Positions 16,509 through 25,979 of a stretch of 50,300 nucleotides of DNA are shown here, piece by piece. Every line of letters starts with the position of its first letter. Positions within the stretch are counted from its first letter, which is position 1. This stretch comes from an uncultured archaeon (GTDB taxonomy: Archaea > Aenigmatarchaeota > Aenigmatarchaeia > CG10238-14 > SCSR01): assembly GCA_964427125.1 (NCBI GenBank), contig CAYRSM010000002.1:1-50300 (forward strand), given 5' to 3'. The position numbers and the translations under genes are program-made. A model generated the notes under the pieces. The model was not told where the DNA came from. It did no database searches and saw only the letters and a list, made by a program, of their open reading frames with translations.

Positions 16509-17906
16509 CTAAACCATGCCCTGCGCAATCATCGCATCGAAGACCTTCATCGCGGCCGCCCTGTTTGCGCCGTCGACATAGTTCACGGAGCCGTCCTTCT
16601 TCAGACCGTACTTTACGCACTGTTCGTGCACGCTGACCATTATGTCGTACAGTGCCTTGTTCACTTGCTCCCTGTCCCAATTCATATAGTTCTGCTCCAG
16701 CTCCAGCATGCTCGTGCCCACACCGCCGACGTTGGACGCCTTTCCAGGCGAGTAGGCTATCTTGGCCTTGATAAACTTCTCAATCGCCTCCGGCGTGCTG
16801 GGCATGTTTGCGCCCTCGCCCACATATTTGCAGCCGTTCTTCAAAAGGGTCTCGGCATCGTTGCCGTCCAGCTCGTTCTGGGTCGCGCAGGGCAGTGCCA
16901 CATCACACTTTACCGACCACGGGCGCTGTCCGGCGTAGAACTTCGCCTTCGGGTACTTTTTCACATACTCGCTTATGCGGCCGTGCTCCACGTTCTCCAA
17001 GTCCATTATGTATTTGAGCTTTCCGCCGACACAAACACCATCCTTGTCGAACTCTGCATCTATGCCCTCCGGGTCGTAAATCATCCCGCTCGAATCTGAA
17101 GCGGTGACCACCCTGCCGCCGTCCTTTATCACCCTCTCTATCGCGTACTGTGCGACGTTTCCCTTTCCAGAGACCGCGACTACCTTGCCTTTCATGGAGT
17201 CGCCGCGGTACTTCATCATCTCCTCGACAAAGTACACATCACCGTAACCGGTCGCCTCCGGGCGCATCTGGCTGCCCCCCCACATGAGGCCCTTGCCTGT
17301 CAGCACGTTGTCGAACCTATGTGTAAGCCTCTTATACTGGCCGATAAGATAGCCAATCTCCCTGCCACCGACTCCTATGTCGCCGGCCGGCACATCTATG
17401 TCGGGACCGATGTATCTGAAGAGCTCGGTCATGAACGACTGGCAAAAGCTTCTGATCTCGTTGTCCGACTTTCCCTTCGGGTCAAAGTCGGAACCGCCCT
17501 TCGCCCCGCCCATGCGCAGCTTCGGCGCGGGCAGCGCGTTCTTGAACGTCTGCTCAAAAGCGAGGAACTTTAGTATGCCTTCGTTGACCGACGGGTGCAA
17601 CCTGAGACCGCCCTTGTATATGCCCAGCACGTTGTTGTGCTCGATGCGCCAAGCGGTGTTGTACTGCATCTTCCCGTGGTCGTCTACCCAGTTGACGGTG
17701 AACTTTATGACCCTGTCAGGCCTGACGACGCGGAACATTGCGTCCTTGTACTTGTCAAGCAACCCCGGGTTCTCGTTGAGATAAGGAATTATAGAGGTCG
17801 CCCACTCCTCGACGGCCTGATAGAACTCCGGTTCGGGCAGATTCTTGTTGATTTTCTTTACTTCTTCCATGAATGACGAAACGCTCATTTCTTCCTGCAT
17901 TTTCAT
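16509..17906 (-). CDS. gdhA: Glutamate dehydrogenase (hexameric ~450-aa type)
   Basis: Motifs seen: KGGLRLHPSVN, LRMGGAKGGSDFDPKGKSDNE, DVPAGDIGVGGREIGY and GKGNVAQYA (dinucleotide fold). Confidence 0.95.
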   Translation of the reverse strand: MKMQEEMSVSSFMEEVKKINKNLPEPEFYQAVEEWATSIIPYLNENPGLLDKYKDAMFRVVRPDRVIKFTVNWVDDHGKMQYNTAWRIEHNNVLGIYKGGLRLHPSVNEGILKFLAFEQTFKNALPAPKLRMGGAKGGSDFDPKGKSDNEIRSFCQSFMTELFRYIGPDIDVPAGDIGVGGREIGYLIGQYKRLTHRFDNVLTGKGLMWGGSQMRPEATGYGDVYFVEEMMKYRGDSMKGKVVAVSGKGNVAQYAIERVIKDGGRVVTASDSSGMIYDPEGIDAEFDKDGVCVGGKLKYIMDLENVEHGRISEYVKKYPKAKFYAGQRPWSVKCDVALPCATQNELDGNDAETLLKNGCKYVGEGANMPSTPEAIEKFIKAKIAYSPGKASNVGGVGTSMLELEQNYMNWDREQVNKALYDIMVSVHEQCVKYGLKKDGSVNYVDGANRAAAMKVFDAMIAQGMV

Positions 17907-17996
17907 TCACAATTATAACCTAGAAGCCAATCTATATAAGGCTTACTGTATATCACATAAACAGCATATAAATATTTTCGCGGTCAAAGTAGCTTT

Positions 17997-18392
17997 ATGA
18001 AAGCGAAAAGCAGGCCAAGGCATGTGCTGCACAGCAACGACCTGCGCATGAGCTTCATCAGGAGGGTGCGCTGGGAGAAGGGGGTGTTCTGTCCGCACTG
18101 CTACTCCAGGAAAATAGACAGGGCCGGGAAGAACGGAAGGTCTATGCAGCGTTATGTGTGCAGGAAGTGCGGCAAATATTTCACCGACCTCACGGGCACG
18201 GTGTTCCACAGGTCGCGCCTGAGCCTGCGGGAGTGGTTTTACCTGATAACCGAGAGCCAGTCGAGACCTCTCTATGCAATAGCGGCCGATCTCAAGAAGC
18301 CCTACTGGACTGTGTGGAGGAATGCGAGGCGCTTCAAGAAGGACATGTTCGTGAAAAGGATGATTTTCATGTTGAGGGGTGCGATAGACTGA
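17997..18392 (+). CDS. Stand-alone IS1595-type transposase N-terminal zinc-ribbon domain protein (no DDE domain)
   Basis: RRVRWEKGVFCPHCYSRKIDRAGKNGRSMQRYVCRKCGKYFTDLTGTVFHRSRLSLREWF matches the Zn_Tnp_IS1595 pattern. The ORF ends after 131 aa, with no catalytic domain and no flanking inverted repeats that I could see. Confidence 0.6.
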   Translation: MKAKSRPRHVLHSNDLRMSFIRRVRWEKGVFCPHCYSRKIDRAGKNGRSMQRYVCRKCGKYFTDLTGTVFHRSRLSLREWFYLITESQSRPLYAIAADLKKPYWTVWRNARRFKKDMFVKRMIFMLRGAID

Positions 18393-18396
18393 TTGT

Positions 18397-19023
18397 TCAT
18401 TCCTCTCCCTGCAGCTTCCTCAGGGTATCCTCGTCCAGGACTATGAACTGCTGCTGCGGCTGGGGGGTCTTCACACCGTAGGCGTAGAATTCTACGATCG
18501 AAAGCATGTTGTCAACGTAGTGCAGCACCAGAGCCTCGATGTTCCTGGGCGGTGTCGAGCCTCCCTCACCGAAGTGGCTGGCCACCATGTGTATGACGTG
18601 CTCGGGAAAGTCCCTCTTGTACAGCTCGGCGACTCCGAGCATCGTGTGGTCCAGGAGTATGCCCGTGGGCTCCGCGCCGTTTGCGCCCTTCTTCCACTCG
18701 AAAACCTTCATCACGTCGTGTATTATCGCGGCGGCGAGCAGATGGTCCCTGTTTATCTTCGCGCCGAAAGTGTTTTCGACGACATCGACCATCTTCATGC
18801 ACATCTCGGCCACAGCCATCGTGTGGTTGAGGACGTCCCTCTCGGCCGTTCCCATCCCGCCTATGCTGAACGGCGTCTTGACATCTTCCAGATTCCATGC
18901 AGGGTATTTCTTAAACTCCTTGCTAGACAGCGACGGACTCTTTAAATATTCTATGACCTTGTTCCTCAGCTGCACATCCTTTATCCCCTGCGCGAGTTTT
19001 ATTAATTTTTCCATTCGGCGCAC
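18397..19023 (-). CDS. HD-domain metal-dependent phosphohydrolase
   Basis: The H...HD...D pattern is present: VLNHTMAVAEM, AAAIIHDVMK, LLDHTMLG, VLHYVDN. Confidence 0.75.
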   Translation of the reverse strand: MRRMEKLIKLAQGIKDVQLRNKVIEYLKSPSLSSKEFKKYPAWNLEDVKTPFSIGGMGTAERDVLNHTMAVAEMCMKMVDVVENTFGAKINRDHLLAAAIIHDVMKVFEWKKGANGAEPTGILLDHTMLGVAELYKRDFPEHVIHMVASHFGEGGSTPPRNIEALVLHYVDNMLSIVEFYAYGVKTPQPQQQFIVLDEDTLRKLQGEE

Positions 19024-19074
19024 CGATTAAATTCAATTGGACGGCAAGCATTTAAATGCTTCCTGCGGAGCCGG

Positions 19075-19485
19075 CTACAACAGACTCTTTACACTCTTCT
19101 CTATCCTTGAAAGCTCCCTGTCGTCGGCGTTGTCGGAGGACTCCCACACTATCGGCATGCCGTCGTTGAAGAACCTGGGAAGCACGTGTGTGTGGAAGTG
19201 GTTTACGCCCTGGGAGACTATGTTAGACTGTATCGTGTTGACCCCGTCTGCTCCCACAGCCTTTACCACTGCCGGGGCAAGCTTCCTAACAGCCTTGTAC
19301 ACACTTCCGATAGTCTCGTCATCCATCTCGAATATGGTCACAAAGTGTTTTTTCGGGACGACCAGCGTGTGCCCGGGGTTCTTGGGTTTGATGTCTAGGA
19401 ACGCTATCACCGAAGAATCCTCGTAGAGCACGTGAGCCTTCATTCTACCCTCGGCAATCCCGCAGAACACACATCCCTCAACCAT
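19075..19485 (-). CDS. HIT-family (histidine triad) nucleotide hydrolase
   Basis: CVFCGI, PKNPGHTLVVPKKH and the triad NHFHTHVLPR are all present. Confidence 0.9.
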   Translation of the reverse strand: MVEGCVFCGIAEGRMKAHVLYEDSSVIAFLDIKPKNPGHTLVVPKKHFVTIFEMDDETIGSVYKAVRKLAPAVVKAVGADGVNTIQSNIVSQGVNHFHTHVLPRFFNDGMPIVWESSDNADDRELSRIEKSVKSLL

Positions 19486-19565
19486 GATGAAATCATCTCG
19501 AACGCTCTAGTCATGTTCGAGGTATGGTCGACGGCTCAAAAAACCAAAACTTGCCATGACCAACC

Positions 19566-19865
19566 TTAACCGAACAGTGCTCCCAATCCGGCAGTTGCTT
19601 CCTCTGCAGCCTTCTTCTCCTCTTCCTCGGCCTTCTTCTCTTCCTTCTTGGCCTCTCCGCCCGCAGCCGCGGCCGGCGCAGCCTGCACGACGGCAGCCTG
19701 CTTTATCAGCTCGTCTATGTTCTGGCCCTCGAGGCTAGCCACCAAGGCCTTTATCTTCGCCGCGTCGGGCGTGCTGCCCACAGCGGCCAGGACCTTGTTG
19801 AGGTTCTCCTCGTTTACCGGAAGCTTTGCCGAGTGCAGAAGCAACGCTCCATATACTTCTTGCAT
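19566..19865 (-). CDS. rpl12: Ribosomal stalk protein P1 (L12)
   Basis: The internal ATG gives [26 protein letters not shown].... An Ala/Glu/Lys hinge and the conserved tail AGLGALFG follow. Confidence 0.9.
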   Translation of the reverse strand: MQEVYGALLLHSAKLPVNEENLNKVLAAVGSTPDAAKIKALVASLEGQNIDELIKQAAVVQAAPAAAAGGEAKKEEKKAEEEEKKAAEEATAGLGALFG

Positions 19866-19866
19866 T

Positions 19867-20625
19867 TTAGCTCCCTCCCAAAAGTTTGTTCTGCAAAAAC
19901 TTGGCCTGGCTCTCCGCCTTGGCCAACAAGTGACCGATGTTCTCCTTCGTCGGGTATCCAACCGCCACGGACAGGCTCAGCGCGTGCGAGAAGGCCTCCC
20001 TCATCTTGTTGAGGTAGCCCTCGCCGACAAGCCCCAGCGAGTCCTTCATGTACAACTGCCTTCCGTCGAAAAGGCACACCACGTTCATGCCGATCTTTAT
20101 AGGCTTTATGTTAAGCTTCCTCAGTATGCCGGACAGGTCCTTCGAGATGGCGTCGCCCTTCTTCGCCACGACAGTGTCCTTCTTTATGGCTATCTTGCCC
20201 CCCTCCACGCCGGCGGGTATCTTCACCTTCGCGAACTCGCTTATCACAGGGCCAGGCATGAGGCTCGTCGGCCCCGCAGACACTGCAATCTCGTCCTCGG
20301 CTACGTCGCCGTCCTTTGCATAAGTGTCCGACTTTAGCTTCGCTATCGCGCCATAAATCTTGAACGGGTCCTCGTTTGTGAAAAGTATCGCCGGTTGGGT
20401 GGGAAGCTTTTCCTCAAGAACCTTCAGGTCCTTGCTGCCCTCCATCGCATGTAGAAGTATGGACTTTTTTATAACTTTCATTGCAGCCTTCTCCCCAATC
20501 TTCTTCTTTATCTCCTGCATCTGCTTCGAGGGCATCTTGAAAAGGTCTATAACTCCCACTACCTTGTAGCTGGTGAAGTCCTTCTTCAAATCCTCCACTG
20601 CTTTTATTTTCTCTTCTTTCACCAT
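19867..20625 (-). CDS. rplP0: Ribosomal stalk protein P0 (L10), unusually short and without the acidic/GLGALFG tail
   Basis: The sequence runs [17 protein letters not shown]...[11 protein letters not shown]...[10 protein letters not shown]...[21 protein letters not shown].... It ends ...[18 protein letters not shown] at 252 aa, 1 nt before the P1 start. Confidence 0.85.
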   Translation of the reverse strand: MVKEEKIKAVEDLKKDFTSYKVVGVIDLFKMPSKQMQEIKKKIGEKAAMKVIKKSILLHAMEGSKDLKVLEEKLPTQPAILFTNEDPFKIYGAIAKLKSDTYAKDGDVAEDEIAVSAGPTSLMPGPVISEFAKVKIPAGVEGGKIAIKKDTVVAKKGDAISKDLSGILRKLNIKPIKIGMNVVCLFDGRQLYMKDSLGLVGEGYLNKMREAFSHALSLSVAVGYPTKENIGHLLAKAESQAKFLQNKLLGGS

Positions 20626-20627
20626 TT

Positions 20628-21251
20628 CTACCAGACCTCCAGCTTAACCGGCTTGCTCATTGTTAGCTTGAGCAGGACCCCCTTGATGTTGTTCCTTCCC
20701 TGCGGCAGCTTCATCTCCAGATGTTTCATCACCGCCATTATGTTCTCTGTAAGCTTCTGTTCGTCCATGCTCTCCCTGCCGACGACACACTGTATGACGG
20801 GCGCGTCCTTCACCTTCAGCCTCGTGCTGCTATTCAGGCCCGCCACAAGCGACTTTGGGTCTCCAGAGAGTATCTTTGGCATCTTGCCCTTCGGTGCGAG
20901 CGTCTGGCCCATCGTCTTTCCTATGGGGGCCATCATCTTCGGCTCTGCGACAAAAAAGTCTGTCTGCCTTATGAGCTTTTTGGCGGACCTCTTGTCCTTT
21001 GCGAACTTATCGACGTCCGCGGATGTGAAAACCTGTGCGTCGCCCGCCTGTTTCACGGTGTCCGAAAACAAAACCACCTTTGCCTCGCGTCCCAGACCGT
21101 TCGGGAGCCTAAAGTCCTCGTTTATCTTCCCCTCCGGCTTCTTGATGTCTATGTCCTTCAGGTTTATAATGAGGTCGAACGACTGGTCGAACTTTCTCTT
21201 CTCAGGACTCCCCTTCAGCTTCTTTATTGCGTCTGCGACCTTTTCAGCCAT
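20628..21251 (-). CDS. rpl1: Ribosomal protein L1
   Basis: The sequence reads KRKFDQSFDLIINLKDIDIKKPEGKI...LPNGLGREAKVVLFSD.... It sits in the L11-L1-P0-P1 gene order. Confidence 0.9.
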   Translation of the reverse strand: MAEKVADAIKKLKGSPEKRKFDQSFDLIINLKDIDIKKPEGKINEDFRLPNGLGREAKVVLFSDTVKQAGDAQVFTSADVDKFAKDKRSAKKLIRQTDFFVAEPKMMAPIGKTMGQTLAPKGKMPKILSGDPKSLVAGLNSSTRLKVKDAPVIQCVVGRESMDEQKLTENIMAVMKHLEMKLPQGRNNIKGVLLKLTMSKPVKLEVW

Positions 21252-21342
21252 TCTTCACAACCTCCTGCCGAAGCAGTGCGTCCGGATCGGACTTGCGGTT
21301 ATAAGTAACATTGTCGCAGCGTGTTTAAAAAGGTTTTCCGTC

Positions 21343-21843
21343 CTACTTTAGCAGGTGGTCCCACTTTCCCTCGTCTATCTCCTTCTCGACGTCCTTCGGC
21401 CTCTTTCCCTCGACAGTCATCCCGTTCACGCTGTTCGCCGTGCCCACCACCATCTTGAGCGCCTTCTTGAGGTCCTTTGCGAGAAGGCTCCCCGCCTTTA
21501 TCTTCGCCACCTTCAGCGCCTGCTCCATCTTCATGTCCCCCAAAACGGTCTTCCCCTTCGCCTTGTCCTCCTCGGTTATCTTAGCCAGCTCTATGCCTGC
21601 CTCCTTCTTGACCAGGCTGCCCGTCGGCGGTATGCCTATGACTATCTCGTACGCCTTCGTGTCCTTGTCTATTATGACCTTCACGGGGACCTGCATCCCG
21701 GCGTACTCCTTGGTCCTGTCGTTTATCTGCTTGAAGACGTCTCCCGGGTTTATCTTGTAGGCCGAGAACTTCGGAGCGGTGTTCGCGTTAGGAGCGGCCT
21801 TTCCGCCCTCTACAAGCATGTCCAGCGTGTCTTTTCCCGGCAT
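21343..21843 (-). CDS. rpl11: Ribosomal protein L11
   Basis: LVEGGKAAPNANTAPKFSAYKINPGDVFKQINDRT...VPVKVIIDKDTKAYEIVIGIPPTGSLVKK is present. It is the first gene of the stalk operon. Confidence 0.9.
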   Translation of the reverse strand: MPGKDTLDMLVEGGKAAPNANTAPKFSAYKINPGDVFKQINDRTKEYAGMQVPVKVIIDKDTKAYEIVIGIPPTGSLVKKEAGIELAKITEEDKAKGKTVLGDMKMEQALKVAKIKAGSLLAKDLKKALKMVVGTANSVNGMTVEGKRPKDVEKEIDEGKWDHLLK

Positions 21844-21883
21844 AATTATCGTATCATTCTTTACTCGGCAAAGGTTATAAAAC

Positions 21884-22084
21884 TTACCTTTTGCGCCTCC
21901 TGAGCAGCAGCCATCTAAGGAAAAGGGCGGTACAAAGCAACAGGGTGTAAAGTGCCGCTGCGATAATACCGTAGGTGGCTAACAGCGCTCCAACCAGAAT
22001 CACGCCCAGGTCTGTTTTGGCCGCAACAGTAATCCAGAAAACCGTCCAGGCTGCAATCAGCGCATACGGCACCAGTACCAACAT
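21884..22084 (-). CDS. Small two-TM membrane protein with a basic tail
   Basis: MLVLVPYALIAAWTVFWITVAAKTDLGVILVGALLATYGIIAAALYTLLLCTALFLRWLLLRRRKR. The ATG at 22084 lies 14 nt after the stop of the surface-protein gene. The GTG at 22098 is an alternative start. Confidence 0.5.
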   Translation of the reverse strand: MLVLVPYALIAAWTVFWITVAAKTDLGVILVGALLATYGIIAAALYTLLLCTALFLRWLLLRRRKR

Positions 22085-22098
22085 CTTCCAGAGCTTCA

Positions 22099-25000
22099 CT
22101 ACTGCCACTTCTTCCTCAGCTCGTCCCACTTCCCGGTGCGCTGCATGCCGTTCTTGGCCTTCTTTCTGCCCCCGCTCATCAGGTATATCGCGAGCCCAGC
22201 CACACCCGCGGCTATCAGCACGAAGCCTATGATGGAAACAAGGGGCAGCTGCTGCGTGGGCGTCGTAGGTGTGACGCCTCGTCCAGTGACGTTGACCTGC
22301 GAGGTCACGTTAGCGGTGGTGTTGACGGGAGTAGCCGTGTTGGCCTGCCCGGCTATCGCGTAGGTGGAAAGGCCCGGCGACACGGCGCTGTAGTAGACAT
22401 AGTCGGTGCCCTCCGAGGTCTTGTTCGTAGGGAGAGCGTTCCACGCGCCGCCGGAGTACCTGTACAGTGTGACCGTCGAGTCGTTTATGCTGCTGCCGAG
22501 CCAGTTCTTCTCGACGTAAAAGTTTATCGTGACATTGTTTACGTCAGTGTCGGATATTATCGTGGGCACAATCTCGAAATAGTTGAATATGGGCCCGTTG
22601 ACGTTCTGCGTTATGTCTGACGGCTTTGAGGTGAGGGTGTCGATCACGATCTGAACGTTGTTCACGTTGTCGTTCGTGTTTACAACGAGGCTGCTGATGT
22701 AAAGACCTGCAACGTACCCTATAGGGACTTGGTTATCACCCTCTGTCATGTTGATTGCAACCGTGGCGGTCTTGTCGCCCGTGGTGACTGTGGGCGTGCT
22801 CGGGCCGGAAGAGACGCCCGGAGGCTGGCTTGCGGGACTAGTTACATTAACCATGATGTTGAATGCGGATATGTTGTTGAACCATGTGCCGACGGTGCCG
22901 TTAATCCGTATTGTATCCGTGCCGGCACTCGGTCCCGCGGTAACGTTCCAAGCTATGTAGCAGCCGCTGGAGTTGTATGCGCTGAGGTTAAATGTTACAA
23001 CCACGCTTGAAGTAGACGCTGCCCCGGTTGACCAACCGTCACAATTGGATAAAGCTTGTGAAATCGTTGTATAAGACGCATTTTTGCTGATTGTTACCTG
23101 TGCAGCAGATGCATTCATGGGGCCGAAATTTTGAACTGTCACATTGGCAGTATAGTATGTGCCCGGACCCGTGCCATTTGATATTGTATTTGTTGCGGTG
23201 CTTATTGGTGTGAAGTACAGCCCGGTGTTGTTGACGACCACAGGGAAAGTGCTGCCCGAACCTGTGAAGTTGAAGTTGTCGTTCCTGTTGAAAATCGAAG
23301 TGATGTACATCACGTACTGACCTCCTGGCGTGTTGGGAGGCAGGGTCGCGTTGAGGTTGTAGTATCCGCCGGCGTACATCGGCGAGGTGTCGTTTGTGAT
23401 GCCGGAAAGGCTGCCCTGCAACGGTATCCTTCCTGCCGAATTGGACAGTATGTTTGAGACGTTCCCCTCCTGCAGCCACACAGATGTGAAGTTGGACGCG
23501 CTGGTTATGCCCGTTTCGTTGGTGTCGTTCATGTACGAAGTGTAAAGTGCCACGGTCATGTTACCCCCCGTGGTGCCGTTCAGTACGCTCGTGCCGCCGG
23601 CCGAAGTTATGTTGAAAATGTTTATGTTCATGGAGTTTGTAAGGTTGAGCCTCACGGTGAGGTTGTAGGAAGCGTATGGGTGCGAGCTCAGGTTTGCCGA
23701 GCTGTTTGTGGCGTTGATGAATATCCAACCGTCATAGGTGCCGACAGGGAACGAGCTGTTGTACGAGACGTTTATCTGGATTAGCGCAAAGCCGTGGCTG
23801 GTGACGTTCGATGTCGTGTTGTAGGTCATGTTCGCGAAGAAACCGGAGCATAAGCTCGACGTGCATGTCAGGTTTGTGGAGTTCAGTGCCATGTTTATTG
23901 ACGAGTTGAAAGTGCCTATGTTAGTCAGGTTGATGGTGATGTTCCTGGTCAGGGTCGCTCCGTAATCCTCGTCTATCCTGAAGACATTCGAGCTGCCGGA
24001 TGCGTTGAATGGGTTTAGTAAATTTGGGGTGTTGCTCGCGTTCAGTACAAGCAGCGTCGGTGTGGTGACGTTGAAGACTATGGGTACGTTCACCCTTCCC
24101 CCGTTCTCATCTGTGAAAGTCAGATTTCCCTGATAGCCGCCGTCTATTGCCTGTGTAGGTACAGTGAGATTCACCTGGACTGACGTGTTCGACGAGAGGT
24201 TGTTGAGCGACGGCGTTGTGGAAACGCTGGTGTTCATCCAGTTGGTGGTGTTTTCAAAAGTGAAGACTGTGACGTTGAAGGGGTCGTTGCCCGAATTGTT
24301 GACCACAGACGCGTTCCAGTACCCTGGATTAGTGATTGTCGCTGTGTCGTTGTATAGTTCCAGAATACCCGCGTTAGAGACGTTGGCGAGGGTGTATGCG
24401 TTGCCTGACGTCATAACCAAGGTGCCCGCCGGGTCGTACACGTTGAGGGTATAGTTGCTCGCTCCAGTCCACGTAAGGTTGACCCTGACGCCCGACTCGG
24501 TGCCGGGGTCCCCGACCAAGAAGGCAAAGCTCCTATCACCAGTTCCGTTGAAAGACTGGACGCGGTACAGACTGCTCGACAGCGAGATGTTCCCTATCGC
24601 CAGCCCGCCCTGATTGGTAAGGTTCAGGTTGGTCGTGCCGATCGAGCCGCTTGCGTTCAGGTTCCCATAAGTCAGGCTGGAATTCGTGACGTTGAGCGTG
24701 GAAAATACAACCACTCCTGAGTAATTGATTGGCGAAGTCGAATTGCCGTATACCCTTATCTCCCACACGGCCGAAACGGACGGCGGGTAATTGTAGCCCA
24801 GCGACTGCGTAGCGCCGCCGCTCACGGACTCTGCCTTCATGCTTCCCGAACCGTCAAAGAGGAAAAGATGTGCAATGTTTGTGGCGCTCAGATTGACATA
24901 GACGGATGTCGCGTTGGGTACGGCCGAAGTGTTGAAATAGTAGGATTGATAAGTCGTTGCGTTTGCCGGCAGGGAACCGTTGAAGTTGGTTGCGCCCGTC

Positions 25001-25851
25001 GTCAAGTTTGTATTGCTTGTGTTCAGTGGCACGTCCACAAAGACGGCGACGCTCAGGTTTTCACCGTTGTTTGTCTGGTCCCTTATGGTAAGCTGCTGTA
25101 TCCAGTACCTGCCTGGGCTGCACGAGGTCGCGTTGGCTATGACAGTTATGTTAGCCGTGTTGTAGCCGGAGCTTCCATTTATAGGCCCTGTTACATTGCC
25201 GTATCCAGTGAGGTTTTGTGTCGCTAGGTAACCGCAGGTCAACTGAACGGAGTAGTTGCCGATGAACGCGGCTGTGGCGTTTATCATCTCCAGTGTTATG
25301 TTCGTGTTTCTGGTCCCGTTTGCTATAATGGTGATGTTCTGCTGATAGGCATTTGTCCAATTAAGATACGTCGTTGTCTGCACGGTTCCGAATTCACCGC
25401 CGTTACTGTCTGTGGGGGGAGCGACGCTGACAGTGTAGTTTGTCGTATTCTGAACACCCGATGTGTCCATCGTCGTTATAGTAATGTTTGTGACATTGAA
25501 AATTAACGAAACGTTGGCTTTGAAGAAGAACCACGCCGATGCGGAGCCGTTTATTATTCCCCCGGGCGTGGAATTCGTCCAGTTGGCTGTGGACGCAGAA
25601 CTGCTGAATGTCGTACTGCTGGCATTCGTGAAATTCGAACCAACAACGAAGACCATGCCGGCGGGCAGCGTGAAATTGGCGCGCGTTATGTTTGCCGAAA
25701 CGTTGTTGTTTGTTATCGTGACACTGAATGTCTGGTTGATTGCGGAAGTGGTTGCGTTCTGAGATGACGGGGTTGTTGAAAAACTGGCCGCGAAAACAAC
25801 GACGGAAAGAGCCAAAATGGCCACAGACAGAAGCAGATACACACTCCTCAT
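22099..25851 (-). CDS. Giant surface (S-layer-like) glycoprotein with a signal peptide, a PGF-pre-PGF-like domain and a C-terminal TM anchor
   Basis: The signal peptide is MRSVYLLLSVAILALSVVVFAASF. The 1250-aa protein is dominated by N/T/S, with about 100 N-x-S/T sequons by hand count. A C-terminal-proximal segment (FNYFEIVP...INFYVEKNWL...VTLYRYSGGAWNALPT...YVYYSAVSPGLSTYAIAG) fits the archaeal PGF-pre-PGF pattern. The TM is LPLVSIIGFVLIAAGVAGLAIYL, followed by GGRKKAK. Confidence 0.8.
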   Translation of the reverse strand: MRSVYLLLSVAILALSVVVFAASFSTTPSSQNATTSAINQTFSVTITNNNVSANITRANFTLPAGMVFVVGSNFTNASSTTFSSSASTANWTNSTPGGIINGSASAWFFFKANVSLIFNVTNITITTMDTSGVQNTTNYTVSVAPPTDSNGGEFGTVQTTTYLNWTNAYQQNITIIANGTRNTNITLEMINATAAFIGNYSVQLTCGYLATQNLTGYGNVTGPINGSSGYNTANITVIANATSCSPGRYWIQQLTIRDQTNNGENLSVAVFVDVPLNTSNTNLTTGATNFNGSLPANATTYQSYYFNTSAVPNATSVYVNLSATNIAHLFLFDGSGSMKAESVSGGATQSLGYNYPPSVSAVWEIRVYGNSTSPINYSGVVVFSTLNVTNSSLTYGNLNASGSIGTTNLNLTNQGGLAIGNISLSSSLYRVQSFNGTGDRSFAFLVGDPGTESGVRVNLTWTGASNYTLNVYDPAGTLVMTSGNAYTLANVSNAGILELYNDTATITNPGYWNASVVNNSGNDPFNVTVFTFENTTNWMNTSVSTTPSLNNLSSNTSVQVNLTVPTQAIDGGYQGNLTFTDENGGRVNVPIVFNVTTPTLLVLNASNTPNLLNPFNASGSSNVFRIDEDYGATLTRNITINLTNIGTFNSSINMALNSTNLTCTSSLCSGFFANMTYNTTSNVTSHGFALIQINVSYNSSFPVGTYDGWIFINATNSSANLSSHPYASYNLTVRLNLTNSMNINIFNITSAGGTSVLNGTTGGNMTVALYTSYMNDTNETGITSASNFTSVWLQEGNVSNILSNSAGRIPLQGSLSGITNDTSPMYAGGYYNLNATLPPNTPGGQYVMYITSIFNRNDNFNFTGSGSTFPVVVNNTGLYFTPISTATNTISNGTGPGTYYTANVTVQNFGPMNASAAQVTISKNASYTTISQALSNCDGWSTGAASTSSVVVTFNLSAYNSSGCYIAWNVTAGPSAGTDTIRINGTVGTWFNNISAFNIMVNVTSPASQPPGVSSGPSTPTVTTGDKTATVAINMTEGDNQVPIGYVAGLYISSLVVNTNDNVNNVQIVIDTLTSKPSDITQNVNGPIFNYFEIVPTIISDTDVNNVTINFYVEKNWLGSSINDSTVTLYRYSGGAWNALPTNKTSEGTDYVYYSAVSPGLSTYAIAGQANTATPVNTTANVTSQVNVTGRGVTPTTPTQQLPLVSIIGFVLIAAGVAGLAIYLMSGGRKKAKNGMQRTGKWDELRKKWQ

Positions 25852-25979
25852 TCGCGCATCACGTGTAAAATCTTATTGGGCACTGATTATAAAATTATCC
25901 TTCCCCAAAATGCCGTGCGTTGGCCAAGATACGGATAAGCTTTTCCTTGAGGGTATGCATAGTAATTTTAGTGTAGTGG

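Noticed and set aside
19484-19490. Perfect C-box-like ATGATGA suggesting a C/D box sRNA
   Set aside because: It overlaps the HIT gene start codon. No D box (CTGA) or terminal stem occurs within a plausible distance.
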